Below, piece after piece: positions 36,665-51,400 of a DNA stretch of 64,000 nt (positions are counted from its first letter, which is position 1; the number at the start of each line of letters is the position of its first letter). The stretch is from contig CATNEN010000038.1 in NCBI GenBank assembly GCA_950097015.1, forward strand, positions 30,690,001 through 30,754,000. Reading direction: 5' to 3'. Both the position numbers and the translations under genes were made by a program. The notes beneath the pieces are model-generated. The model saw nothing but the letters and a program-made list of their open reading frames with translations. It had not been told where the DNA came from and did not search any database. The stretch comes from Macrostomum hystrix (taxonomy: Eukaryota > Animalia > Platyhelminthes).

Positions 36665-37112
36665 TGTGTTGTTGGGTGATGCAGCATGGTGTTGGGTGAT
36701 GCAACATGGTGCTGGGTGATGCAGCATGGTGTTGTTGATGATGCAACATGGTGCTGGGTGTTGCAACATGGTGTTGTTGGTTGTTGGTGCTGCAACATGG
36801 TGTTGTTGGTGCTGCAACATGGTGCTGGGTGTTGCAACATGGTGTTGTTGGTTGTTGGTGCTGCAACATGGTGCTGGGTGTTGCAACATGGTGTTGTTGG
36901 TTGTTGGTGCTGCAACATGGTGTTGTTGGTGCTGCAACATGGTGTTGGGTGCTGCAACATGGTGTTGTTGGTTGTTGGTGCTGCAACATGGTGTTGTTGG
37001 TGCTGCAACATGGTGTTGGGTGCTGCAACATGGTGTTGGGTGATGCAACATGGTGTTGGGTTATGCAACATGGTGCTGGGTGTTGCAACATGGTGTTGTT
37101 GGTAATGCAACA
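36665..37112. repeat. ~20-bp degenerate minisatellite (TGCAACATGGTGTTGGGTG)n upstream of the GPCR
   Basis: Direct observation. Confidence 0.9.
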
Positions 37113-37677
37113 GGCTGACCATGGTGTTGGTTGATAACAAGCATTCAAACTTTCTATCTGATTCGCCAAGAAATAGAACCAACATGACGTTTTGAATGTC
37201 CAGCAATCGAAGTCATCTAAACTGTTTAGTAAAGACAGAAAAAGCCAGACAAGACAAGCCATCAAGGATCCGATTCAGATTGACAGTGGCAGTGCAATAG
37301 AGGTAGGAGTTTTTTGACGCTGCATCGGGTACGGAGACAGAACTGACACAGTTCAAGTGGTAATCTCCAATGCATCTGAAGAGCTATATGCAAATGTGGC
37401 ATACTGTAAGCAGTAGCTTTTCAAGCGTATCGCATCAGTAAATTTTCAGCACGCATGATCGCTTTTAACTAAGTAGTAAGTACCCATGAAATATTTCGCA
37501 CTGTAAAACAATAACGATTGCTTTCCGTGCTAAATTGGCTTTCATGTTGAAATCAATTGAATGATCGACAATGGCCTAGCTCAAATTATTATTATTTTTC
37601 TAGCTTTCTGGCTTGTTTATTTAAGTGTTAATTATTTTGCCTTGCAGTACTTATAAATTTAATGCTAACTAATGTGA

Positions 37678-40600
37678 TAGTATTCTGATTTCATGGGCAT
37701 CGATTATGTTAGACATTGATTAGTGTTCTGATTTCATGGGCATCGATTATGTTAGACATTGATTAGTATTCTGATTTCATGGGCATCAATTATGTTAGAC
37801 TTTGATGAGTGTTCTGATTTCATGGGCATCAATTATGTTAGACATTGATTAGTGTTCTGATTTCATGGGCATCGATTATGTTAGACATTGATTAGTGTTC
37901 TGATTTCATGGGCATCAATTATGTTAGACATTGATTAGTGTTCTGATTTCATGAGCATCAATTATGTTAGACATTGATTAGTGTTCTGATTTCATGAGCA
38001 TCAATTATGTTAGACATTGATTAGTGTTCTGATTTCATGGGCATCAATAATGTTAGACATTGATTAGTGCTCTGATTTCATGGGCGTCAATTATGTTAGA
38101 CATTGATTAGTGTTCTGATTTCATGGGCATCAATTATGTTAGACATTGATTAGTGTTCTGATTTCATGGCCATCAATAATGTTAGACATTGATTAGTGTT
38201 CTGATTTCATGAGCATCGATTATGTTAGACATTGATTAGTGTTCTGATTTCATGAGCATCAATTATGTTAGACATTGATTAGTGTTCTGATTTCATGAGC
38301 ATCAATTATGTTAGACATTGATTAGTGTTCTGATTTCATGAGCATCAATTATGTTAGACATTGATTAGTGTTCTGATTTCATGGGCGTCAATTATGTTAG
38401 ACATTGATTAGTGTTCTGATTTCATGGGCGTCAATTATGTTAGACATTGATTAGTGTTCTGATTTCATGGGCGTCAATTATGTTAGACATTGATTAGTGT
38501 TCTGATTTCATGGGCATCAATTATGTTAGACATTGATTAGTGTTCTGATTTCATAGGCGTCAATTATGTTAGACATTGATTAGTGTTCTGATTTCATGAG
38601 CATCAATTATGTTAGACATTGATTAGTGTTCTGATTTCATGGCCATCAATAATGTTAGACATTGATTAGTGTTCTGATTTCATGAGCATCAATAATGTTA
38701 GACATTGATTAGTGTTCTGATTTCATGAGCATCAATAATGTTAGACATTGATTAGTGTTCTGATTTCATGGGCATCAATAATGTTAGACATTGATTAGTG
38801 TTCTGATTTCATGAGCATCAATTATGTTAGACATTGATTAGTGTTCTGATTTCATGGGCATCAATTATGTTAGACATTGATTAGTGTTCTGATTTCATGG
38901 GCATCAATTATGTTAGACATTGATTAGTGTTCTGATTTCATAGGCGTCAATTATGTTAGACATTGATTAGTGTTCTGATTTCATGGGCATCAATTATGTT
39001 AGACATTGATTAGTGTTCTGATTTCATAGGCGTCAATTATGTTAGACATTGATTAGTGTTCTGATTTCATGGGCATCAATTATGTTAGACATTGATTAGT
39101 GTTCTGATTTCATGGCCATCAATAATGTTAGACATTGATTAGTGTTCTGATTTCATGAGCATCAATAATGTTAGACATTGATTAGTGTTCTGATTTCATG
39201 AGCATCAATAATGTTAGACATTGATTAGTGTTCTGATTTCATGGGCATCAATAATGTTAGACATTGATTAGTGTTCTGATTTCATGGGCGTCAATTATGT
39301 TAGACATTGATTAGTGTTCTGATTTCATGGGCATCAATTATGTTAGACATTGATTAGTGTTCTGATTTCATAGGCGTCAATTATGTTAGACATTGATTAG
39401 TGTTCTGATTTCATGGGCATCAATTATGTTAGACATTGATTAGTGTTCTGATTTCATGGGCATCAATTATGTTAGACATTGATTAGTGTTCTGATTTCAT
39501 AGGCGTCAATTATGTTAGACATTGATTAGTGTTCTGATTTCATGGGCATCAATTATGTTAGACATTGATTAGTGTTCTGATTTCATAGGCGTCAATTATG
39601 TTAGACATTGATTAGTGTTCTGATTTCATGGGCATCAATTATGTTAGACATTGATTAGTGTTCTGATTTCATAGGCGTCAATTATTTTAGACATTGATTA
39701 GTGTTCTGATTTCATGGGCGTCAATTATGTTAGACATTGATTAGTGTTCTGATTTCATGGGCATCAATTATGTTAGACATTGATTAGTGTTCTGATTTCA
39801 TAGGCGTCAATTATGTTAGACATTGATTAGTGTTCTGATTTCATGGGCATCAATTATGTTAGACATTGATTAGTGTTCTGATTTCATGGGCATCAATTAT
39901 GTTAGACATTGATTAGTGTTCTGATTTCATAGGCGTCAATTATGTTAGACATTGATTAGTGTTCTGATTTCATGGGCATCAATTATGTTAGACATTGATT
40001 AGTGTTCTGATTTCATAGGCGTCAATTATGTTAGACATTGATTAGTGTTCTGATTTCATGGGCATCAATTATGTTAGACATTGATTAGTGTTCTGATTTC
40101 ATAGGCGTCAATTATTTTAGACATTGATTAGTGTTCTGATTTCATGGGCATCAATTATGTTAGACATTGATTAGTGTTCTGATTTCATGAGCATCAATTA
40201 TGTTAGACATTGATTAGCGTTCTGATTTCATGAGCATCAATAATGTTAGACATTGATTAGTGTTCTGATTTCATGGGCATCAATAATGTTAGACATTGAT
40301 TAGTGTTCTGATTTCATGGGCATCAATAATGTTAGACATTGATTAGTGTTCTGATTTCATGGGCATCAATAATGTTAGACATTGATTAGCGTTCTGATTT
40401 CATGAGCATCAATAATGTTAGACATTGATTAGTGTTCTGATTTCATGGGCATCAATTATGTTAGACATTGATTAGTGTTCTGATTTCATGGGCATCAATA
40501 ATGTTAGACATTGATTAGTGTTCTGATTTCATGAGCATCAATAATGTTAGACATTGATTAGTGTTCTGATTTCATGGGCATCAATTATGTTAGACATTGA

Positions 40601-42994
40601 TTAGTGTTCTGATTTCATGAGCATCGATTATGTTAGACATTGATTAGTGTTCTGATTTCATGGGCATCAATAATGTTAGACATTGATTAGTGTTCTGATT
40701 TCATGGGCATCAATTATGTTAGACATTGATTAGTGTTCTGATTTCATGGGCATCGATTATGTTAGACATTGATTAGTGTTCTGATTTCATGAGCATCGAT
40801 TATGTTAGACATTGATTAGTGCTCTGATTTCATGGGCATCGATTATGTTAGACATTGATTAGTGTTCTGATTTCATGGGCATCAATTATGTTAGACATTG
40901 ATTAGTGTTCTGATTTCATGGGCATCAATAATGTTAGACATTGATTAGTGTTCTGATTTCATGGGCATCAATAATGTTAGACATTGATTAGCGTTCTGAT
41001 TTCATGAGCATCAATTATGTTAGACATTGATTAGTGTTCTGATTTCATGGGCATCAATAATGTTAGACATTGATTAGTGTTCTGATTTCATGGGCGTCAA
41101 TTATGTTAGACATTGATTAGTGTTCTGATTTCATGGGCATCAATTATGTTAGACATTGATTAGTGTTCTGATTTCATAGGCGTCAATTATGTTAGACATT
41201 GATTAGTGTTCTGATTTCATGGGCATCAATTATGTTAGACATTGATTAGTGTTCTGATTTCATGGGCATCAATTATGTTAGACATTGATTAGTGTTCTGA
41301 TTTCATAGGCGTCAATTATGTTAGACATTGATTAGTGTTCTGATTTCATGGGCATCAATTATGTTAGACATTGATTAGTGTTCTGATTTCATAGGCGTCA
41401 ATTATGTTAGACATTGATTAGTGTTCTGATTTCATGGGCATCAATTATGTTAGACATTGATTAGTGTTCTGATTTCATAGGCGTCAATTATTTTAGACAT
41501 TGATTAGTGTTCTGATTTCATGGGCATCAATTATGTTAGACATTGATTAGTGTTCTGATTTCATGAGCATCAATTATGTTAGACATTGATTAGCGTTCTG
41601 ATTTCATGAGCATCAATAATGTTAGACATTGATTAGTGTTCTGATTTCATGGGCATCAATAATGTTAGACATTGATTAGTGTTCTGATTTCATGGGCATC
41701 AATAATGTTAGACATTGATTAGTGTTCTGATTTCATGGGCATCAATAATGTTAGACATTGATTAGCGTTCTGATTTCATGAGCATCAATAATGTTAGACA
41801 TTGATTAGTGTTCTGATTTCATGGGCATCAATAATGTTAGACATTGATTAGTGTTCTGATTTCATGGGCATCAATAATGTTAGACATTGATTAGTGTTCT
41901 GATTTCATGAGCATCAATAATGTTAGACATTGATTAGTGTTCTGATTTCATGGGCATCAATTATGTTAGACATTGATTAGTGTTCTGATTTCATGAGCAT
42001 CGATTATGTTAGACATTGATTAGTGTTCTGATTTCATGGGCATCAATAATGTTAGACATTGATTAGTGTTCTGATTTCATGGGCATCAATTATGTTAGAC
42101 ATTGATTAGTGTTCTGATTTCATGGGCATCGATTATGTTAGACATTGATTAGTGTTCTGATTTCATGAGCATCGATTATGTTAGACATTGATTAGTGCTC
42201 TGATTTCATGGGCATCGATTATGTTAGACATTGATTAGTGTTCTGATTTCATGGGCATCAATTATGTTAGACATTGATTAGTGTTCTGATTTCATGGGCA
42301 TCAATAATGTTAGACATTGATTAGTGTTCTGATTTCATGGGCATCAATAATGTTAGACATTGATTAGCGTTCTGATTTCATGAGCATCAATTATGTTAGA
42401 CATTGATTAGTGTTCTGATTTCATGGGCATCAATAATGTTAGACATTGATTAGTGTTCTGATTTCATGAGCATCAATAATGTTAGACATTGATTAGTGTT
42501 CTGATTTCATGGGCATCAATTATGTTAGACATTGATTAGTGTTCTGATTTCATGGGCATCAATTATGTTAGACATTGATTAGCGTTCTGATTTCATGGGC
42601 ATCAATTATGTTAGACATTGATTAGTGTTCTGATTTCATGGGCATCAATTATGTTAGACATTGATTAGCGTTCTGATTTCATGGGCATCAATAATGTTAG
42701 ACATTGATTAGCGTTCTGATTTCATGGGCATCAATAATGTTAGACATTGATTAGTGTTCTGATTTCATGAGCATCAATTATGTTAGACATTGATTAGCGT
42801 TCTGATTTCATGGGCATCAATTATGTTAGACTTTGATAAGTGTTCTGATTTCATGGGCATCAATTATGTTAGACATTGATTAGTGTTCTGATTTCATGGG
42901 CATCAATTATGTTAGACTTTGATAAGTGTTCTGATTTCATGGGCATCAATTATGTTAGACATTGATTAGTGTTCTGATTTCATGGGCATCAATT
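37678..42994. repeat. 43-bp satellite array, ~123 copies (ATTGATTAGTGTTCTGATTTCATGGGCATCAATTATGTTAGAC)
   Basis: Highly homogeneous, with higher-order block duplications. Confidence 0.97.
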
Positions 42995-43519
42995 GTTACT
43001 TCTACCTGTATACATTGAAGTATACATTGACTATCAGCGAAAAAAACTGCCGTCTGCTTGCATGTCCCAACGATCTGGATTTAGGATTTTTGATCCTGTG
43101 CATATGACTGATAAGTATCGATATTGAAACTATATGCGTATATTTAGATGAAAATCCAACGCAGTTCTCCGTTTTGCTTTGGCTAGGAAATTAAAAAAAT
43201 ATTTTTTAAAGCATCGTTATATGAGATTATCCATGCAGAAAAATCTGCTGTACTCTTCTTCAAAGAGGCCGCTGTTCTATTCTAGATTGGATTTTGCCTT
43301 TGTACAATCGCTAGATTATTCATATGCGTGGGCGTAAAATACACCTTCTGATTGCCGTGCGAACACAGGTTAAATGCAGAAATAGTTTTGGATCATTTTA
43401 TCAATAATCAATCTATAACATGTCATTATAACATTATTGACGCTCATGAAATCAGAGCACTAAGTATTTTTAGACAGGTGAATAGATAGAAAAATAAGTA
43501 TAGAATTATAATTATAGAT

Positions 43520-44395
43520 ACAAATTTGGATAGGTAGGTAGACAAGTAGATAGGTGGGTCGACAGGTAGACAGGTAGACAGATAAAAAGTAGGTAGACAA
43601 AAATATGAATAGATAGACAGGTATATAAGAAATTAGTCAGGTAGATAGGTGGGTAGACAAGTAGATAGGCAGGTACACAAGTAGATGGGTAGGCAGAGAG
43701 GTAGATAGGTAGATAGACAGGTAGATAGGTGGGTAGACAAGTAGATAGGTAGGTACACAAGTAGATGAGAGGTAGGCAGAGAGGTAGATAGGTAGATAGA
43801 CAGGTAGATTGGTGGGTAGACAAGTAGATAGGTAGGTACACAAGTAGATGGGTAGGCAGAGAGGTAGATAGACAAGTAGATAGGTAGGTACACAAGTAGA
43901 TGGGTAGGCAGAGAGGTAGATAGGTAGATAGACAAGTAGATAGGTAGGTACACAAGTAGATGGGTAGGCAGAGAGGAAGATAGGTAGATAGACAAGTATA
44001 TAGGTAGGTACACAAGTAGATGGGTAGGCAGAGAGGTAGATAGGTAGATAGACAGGTAGACTGGTGGGTAGACAAGTAGATAGGTAGGTACACAAGTAGA
44101 TGGGTAGGCAGAGAGGTAGATAGGTAGATAGACAAGTAGATAGGTAGGTACACAAGTAGATAGGTAGGCAGAGAGGTAGATAGGTAGATAGACAAGTAGA
44201 TAGGTAGGTACACAAGTAGATGGGTAGGCAGAGAGGTAGATAGGTAGATAGACAAGTAGATAGGTAGGTACACAAGTAGATGGGTAGGCAGAGAGGTAGA
44301 TAGGTAGATAGACAGGTAGATTGGTGGGTAGAAAAGTAGATAGGTAGGTAGATGTGTAGATAGGTGGACAAGTAAATAGGTGGGTAGACAGGTAG
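43520..44395. repeat. AGAT/AGGT-derived complex repeat with ~60-bp period
   Basis: TAGGTAGATAGACAAGTAGATAGGTAGGTACACAAGTAGATGGGTAGGCAGAGAGGTAGA units. Confidence 0.9.
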
Positions 44396-44944
44396 AACGT
44401 ACAGACCCAATTACACGAAGAGCCTAAGCAGGATTATGCGTATAGAAAGACACAAGAAGTGCAAATTTCGTTTCTTTAATTAAGGATTTCTCAATCCTGT
44501 TAAATCCATTAGCATGTTAGCGGTAGGAAAGTTTTTAGCTCTGGCTTTTTTTTCTAATCTGAAGCCCCAAATTAGATAGGGTCTTTATAGTGCAGTTAAT
44601 CAGATTTGCGAGAACAGTTTGACAGCTCCACAGCTAATGGGATATTAATTGTAATACTACTCGCATATTCACACCGTAAGGTAAAGCATTCACACAAAGA
44701 TAAATTAGATTATTTTCAAATTTACCCCCAGTTGACAAAATGCGTATTGGCAGAACAGCAAATGGACAGTCCGACGACTGACCCGTAGTTAGTTTGCATG
44801 TTTAAAGATGTATTTTCATATGTAATAATTACAGATCATAAAGATTAATAAGAACATTTAATCACACTTAAAAAGGACAAAAAAGAATAATTATTTTGCA
44901 ATGCGAAAAATATATTAATTTAAACGAGATTTAAACAGCAACGG

Positions 44945-45350
44945 ATTATGGAATTATGGATTTATGAGGCCTGTGGAAGAAGACGTTTCGGATTATAAAA
45001 AGTATGAAGGGATTATGAAGCTAGCGGATTAGGAAGATAAGGATGGATTATGAAGCTAGCGGATTAGGAAGATATGAATGGATTATGAAGCAAGGGGATT
45101 AGATAGATAAGGATGGATTATGAAGCTAGCGGATTAGGAAGATAAGGATGGATTATGAAGCTAGCGGATTAGGAAGATAAGGATGGATTATGAGGCAAGG
45201 GGATTAGATAGATAAGGATGGATTATGAAGCTAGCGGATTAGGAAGATATAAATGGATTATGAGGCAAGGGGATTAGATAGATAAGGATGGATTATGAAG
45301 CTAGCGGATTAGGAAGATATGGATGGATTATGAAGCTAGCGGATTGAGGA
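44945..45350. repeat. 35-bp minisatellite (GGATTATGAAGCTAGCGGATTAGGAAGATAAGGAT)n just 3' of the cactin stop
   Basis: Direct observation. Confidence 0.9.
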
Positions 45351-45439
45351 ATTCAGGGTATTGAGGATTGCAGATTAAGGAATTCTGGGAAATCTAAATT
45401 AAGGAACGACCATCTAAGCCAATAAATCCATCGATTCAA

Positions 45440-48400
45440 CTACTTCCTGTACCGACCGCGGCGGAAGTGGAAGTGCAATTGGAACACGTTGTTAACAAAC
45501 TGACAGCGGAAGCCGTGCCTAAACGAAGTGTCCCATTCGTTGCGAACAATTTTAAAAGCGATATCCTCGTAGGGCGGACCGGCAGAGAATCGCAGTATGG
45601 CAAACTGTGGATCGTCTTTGCACGGCTCGGTGCTGTAACTAGGAGCCTTAGTCTTGTCTAGCAGGTCCGGATAGAAGATGTTAAATTTGTAGCCCTACAG
45701 AATGAGGTTGCACATTAAATTAATGACTGAGAAACCGGATGGCTCGAATGTACTAAATGAAAATCCTCAGATCTATGTACTTTTCAACTGAAACAGGAAA
45801 CAGTGCTTCGGGCACGACTACCGTTAATTACAGACGCGCCTAGTCCTCTGAAGCATGCGACCTGCGTCAAGGCTTGTTCTGGGATACGCGCTGTATAACT
45901 GCACTTACATTTATCTATCAGTACGTCATCATATTCTAACTCATTTAGCTAACTGGACTACTGATCTACTAAGAACCTACTAGAGACTACTGATCTACTA
46001 AGAACCTACTAGAGACTACTGATCTACCAAGACTCTAATAAAGACTACAGATCTACTAAGATTCTGCTAAAGACTACCGATCTACCATGACTTTACTAGA
46101 GACTACCGATCTACCAAGACTCTACTAGAGACTACCGATCTACCAAGACTCTACTAGAGACTACCGATCTACCAAGACTCTACTAGAGACTACCGATCTA
46201 CCAAGACTCTACTAGAGACTACCGATCTACCAAGGATCTACTAGAGACTACCGATCTACTAAGAATCTACTAGAGACTACCGATCTACCAAGGATCTACT
46301 AGAGACTACCGATTTACCAAGACTCTACTAGAGACTACCGATCTACCAAGGATCTACTAGAGACTACCGATCTACTAAGAATCTACTAGAGACTACCGAT
46401 CTACTAAGAATCTACTAGAGACTACCGATCTACTAAGAATCTACTAGAGACTACCGATCTACTAAGAATCTACTAGAGACTACTGATCTACTAAGAATCT
46501 ACTAGAGACTACCGATCTACTAAGAATCTACTAGAGACTACCGATCTACCAAGGATCTACTAGAGACTACCGATTTACCAAGACTCTACTAGAGACTACC
46601 GATCTACCAAGGATCTACTAGAGACTACCGATCTACTAAGAATCTACTAGAGACTACCGATCTACTAAGAATCTACTAGAGACTACCGATCTACTAAGAA
46701 TCTACTAGAGACTACCGATCTACTAAGAATCTACTAGAGACTACTGATCTACTAAGAATCTACTAGAGACTACCGATCTACTAAGGATCTACTAGAGACT
46801 ACCGATCTACCAAGGATCTACTAGAGACTACCGATCTACTAAGAATCTACTAGAGACTACCGATCTACCAAGGATCTAATAAAGACTACCGATCTACCAA
46901 GACTCTACTAGAGACTACCGATTTACCAAGACTCTACTAGAGACTACCGGTCTACCAAGACTCTAATAAAGACTAAAGATCTACTAACAATCTACTAGAG
47001 ACTACCGATCTACTAAGAATCTACTAGAGACTACCGATCTACCAAGGATCTACTAGAGACTACCGATCTACTAAGGATCTACTAGAGACTACCGATCTAC
47101 CAAGGATCTACTAGAGACTACCGATCTACTAAGAATCTACTAGAGACTACCGATCTACTAAGAATCTACTAGAGACTACCGATCTACAAAGAATCTACTA
47201 GAGACTACTGATCTACTAAGAATCTACTAGAGACTACCGATCTACTAAGAATCTACTAGAGACTACCGATCTACCAAGGATCTACTAGAGACTACCGATT
47301 TACCAAGACTCTACTAGAGACTACCGATCTACCAAGGATCTACTAGAGACTACCGATCTACCAAGGATCTACTAGAGACTACCGGTCTACCAAGGATCTA
47401 CTAGAGACTACCGGTCTACCAAGGATCTACTAGAGACTACCGATCTACCAAGGATCTACTAGAGACTACTGATCTACTAAGAATCTACTAGAGACTACCG
47501 ATCTACCAAGGATCTACTAGAGACTACTGATCTACTAAGAATCTACTAGAGACTACCGATCTACCAAGGATCTAATAAAGACTACCGATCTACCAAGACT
47601 CTACTAGAGACTACCGATTTACCAAGACTCTACTAGAGACTACCGGTCTACCAAGACTCTAATAAAGACTAAAGATCTACTAACAATCTACTAGAGACTA
47701 CCGATCTACTAAGAATCTACTAGAGACTACCGATCTACCAAGGATCTACTAGAGACTACCGATCTACTAAGGATCTACTAGAGACTACCGATCTACCAAG
47801 GATCTACTAGAGACTACCGATCTACTAAGAATCTACTAGAGACTACCGATCTACCAAGGATCTACTAGAGACTACCGATCTACCAAGGATCTACTAGAGA
47901 CTACCGATCTACTAAGAATCTACTAGAGACTACCGATCTACCAAGGATCTACTAGAGACTACCGATCTACCAAGGATCTACTAGAGACTACTGATCTACA
48001 AAGAATCTACTAGAGACTACCGATCTACCAAGGATCTACTAGAGACTACTGATCTACTAAGAATCTACTAGAGACTACCGATCTACCAAGGATCTAATAA
48101 AGACTACCGATCTACCAAGACTCTACTAGAGACTACCGATTTACCAAGACTCTACTAGAGACTACCGGTCTACCAAGACTCTAATAAAGACTAAAGATCT
48201 ACTAACAATCTACTAGAGACTACCGATCTACTAAGAATCTACTAGAGACTACCGATCTACCAAGGATCTACTAGAGACTACCGATCTACCAAGGATCTAC
48301 TAGAGATTACCGATCTACTAATAATCTACTAGAGACTACCGATCTACTAAGAATCTACTAGAGACTACCGATCTACCAAGACTCTAATAAAGACTAAAGA

Positions 48401-51400
48401 TCTACTAACAATCTACTAGAGACTACCGATCTACTAAGAATCTACTAGAGACTACCGATCTACCAAGGATCTACTAGAGACTACCGATCTACCAAGGATC
48501 TACTAGAGATTACCGATCTACTAATAATCTACTAGAGACTACCGATCTACTAAGAATCTACTAGAGACTACCGATCTACTAAGAATCTACTAGAGACTAC
48601 CGATCTACTAAGAATCTACTAGAGACTACCGATCTACCAAGGATCTACTAGAGACTACCGATCTACCAAGGATCTACTAGAGACTACCGATCTACTAAGA
48701 ATCTACTAGAGACTACCGATCTACCAAGGATCTACTAGAGACTACCGATCTACCAAGGATCTACTAAAGACTACTGATCTACCAAGACTCTACTAGAGAC
48801 TACCGATCTACCAAGGATCTACTAAAGACTACTGATCTACCAAGACTCTACTAGAGACTACCGATTTACCAAGACTCTACTAGAGACTACCGGTCTACCA
48901 AGACTCTAATAAAGACTACAGATCTACTAACAATCTACTAGAGACTACCGATCTACTAAGAATCTACTAGAGACTACCGATCTACCAAGGATCTACTAGA
49001 GACTACCGATCTACTAAGGATCTACTAGAGACTACCGATCTACCAAGGATCTACTAGAGACTACCGATCTACTAAGAATCTACTAGAGACTACCGATCTA
49101 CCAAGGATCTAATAAAGACTACCGATCTACCAAGACTCTACTAGAGACTACCGATTTACCAAGACTCTACTAGAGACTACCGGTCTACCAAGACTCTAAT
49201 AAAGACTAAAGATCTACTAACAATCTACTAGAGACTACCGATCTACTAAGAATCTACTAGAGACTACCGATCTACCAAGGATCTACTAGAGACTACCGAT
49301 CTACCAAGGATCTACTAGAGATTACCGATCTACTAATAATCTACTAGAGACTACCGATCTACTAAGAATCTACTAGAGACTACCGATCTACTAAGAATCT
49401 ACTAGAGACTACCGATCTACTAAGAATCTACTAGAGACTACCGATCTACCAAGGATCTACTAGAGACTACCGATCTACCAAGGATCTACTAGAGACTACC
49501 GATCTACTAAGAATCTACTAGAGACTACCGATCTACCAAGGATCTACTAGAGACTACCGATCTACCAAGGATCTACTAAAGACTACTGATCTACCAAGAC
49601 TCTACTAGAGACTACCGATCTACCAAGGATCTACTAAAGACTACTGATCTACCAAGACTCTACTAGAGACTACCGATTTACCAAGACTCTACTAGAGACT
49701 ACCGGTCTACCAAGACTCTAATAAAGACTACAGATCTACTAACAATCTACTAGAGACTACCGATCTACTAAGAATCTACTAGAGACTACCGATCTACCAA
49801 GGATCTACTAGAGACTACCGATCTACTAAGGATCTACTAGAGACTACCGATCTACCAAGGATCTACTAGAGACTACCGATCTACTAAGAATCTACTAGAG
49901 ACTACCGATCTACTAAGAATCTACTAGAGACTACCGATCTACTAAGAATCTACTAGAGACTACCGATCTACCAAGGATCTACTAGAGACTACCGATCTAC
50001 CAAGGATCTACTAGAGACTACCGATCTACCAAGGATCTACTAGAGACTACCGATCTACTAAGAATCTACTAGAGACTACCGATCTACCAAGGATCTACTA
50101 GAGACTACCGATCTACCAAGGATCTACTAGAGACTACCGATCTACTAAGAATCTACTAGAGACTACCGATCTACCAAGGATCTACTAAAGACTACCGATC
50201 TACTAAGAATCTACTAGAGACTACCGATCTACCAAGACTCTACTAGAGACTACCGATTTACCAAGACTCTACTAGAGACTACCGGTCTACCAAGACTCTA
50301 ATAAAGACTACAGATCTACTAACAATCTACTAGAGACTACCGATCTACCAAGACTTTACTAAAGACTACCGATCTACCGATTAACAAGCCTACTAATCTA
50401 CTTCAAATTAATGAAGACTCAGAATCCACCCAGAATATACTGATCTCATACTCAAGCAGCAACCGCACCTGAACAATCTTAGGCGGCGGATTGTCTGAAT
50501 CGAAGTGCGTCCTGTTGTAGGCGCCCCAGTTATAGCCAGTGTTGACCCTGTTGAAATATCTGGGCTTTTTGGGCTTCAAGCGATCCGACCAGGCCGCTAA
50601 GCCGGGTGTAATCACGGTCAATTCTTCGGCCTCATTGTCCGGCTCAGTAGCTGCGCTATTGCCAGCCTCCAGGCGAAGGTGGGCCAGACGGTCGCGCTCC
50701 TCGGCCCAGTTGATGATCACCTGGCCGGCAATGGAATCAGAGTTTAGTTTAGCAGGCGAATAGCGACCAGAATCATAGGCTTCTCGAGCTGACTGTCTCT
50801 GACCATCGCAGCCGTCGGCGTCGTCTTCGTCCGTTTGGCTGTCGGCAGAGCTGGCTGCGGCTGCGGCTAGCTCCGGCTCCTCATTATCGTCGTTGCTGTT
50901 CTGCCGCTGTTCGTCGACATCGTCCTCCTTGGCTGCCAATGACTGGCGTTGCTGAAGAAACCAATGATTGGAGGATAAACTATCGTTGAGCAGGTTGGAT
51001 AGAGACAGGTGAGATGTGGATAGAGACTGTTAAGAGTTTGATAGAGACAGGTGAAAGGTGGATAGAGACTGGTAAGAGTTTGATAGAGACAGGTGAGGTG
51101 TGGATAGAGACAGGTAAGAGTTTGATAGAGACAGGTGAGAGGTGGATAGAGACATATGAGAGTTTGATAGAGACAGGTGAGAGTTTGATAGAGACAGGTT
51201 AGAGGTGGATAGAGACAGGTGAGAGGTGGATAGAGACATATGAGAGTTTGATAGAGACAGGTTAGAGGTGGATAGAGACAGGTGAGAGGTGGATAGAGAC
51301 ATATGAGAGTTTGATAGAGACAGGTGAGAGGTGGATAGAGACAGGTGAGAGGTGGATAGAGACAGGTGAGAGGTGGATAGAGACAGGTGAGAGGTGGATA

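Noticed and set aside
43512-44410. YLP/STY-repeat ORFs
   Set aside because: Translation of a tetranucleotide-derived repeat.
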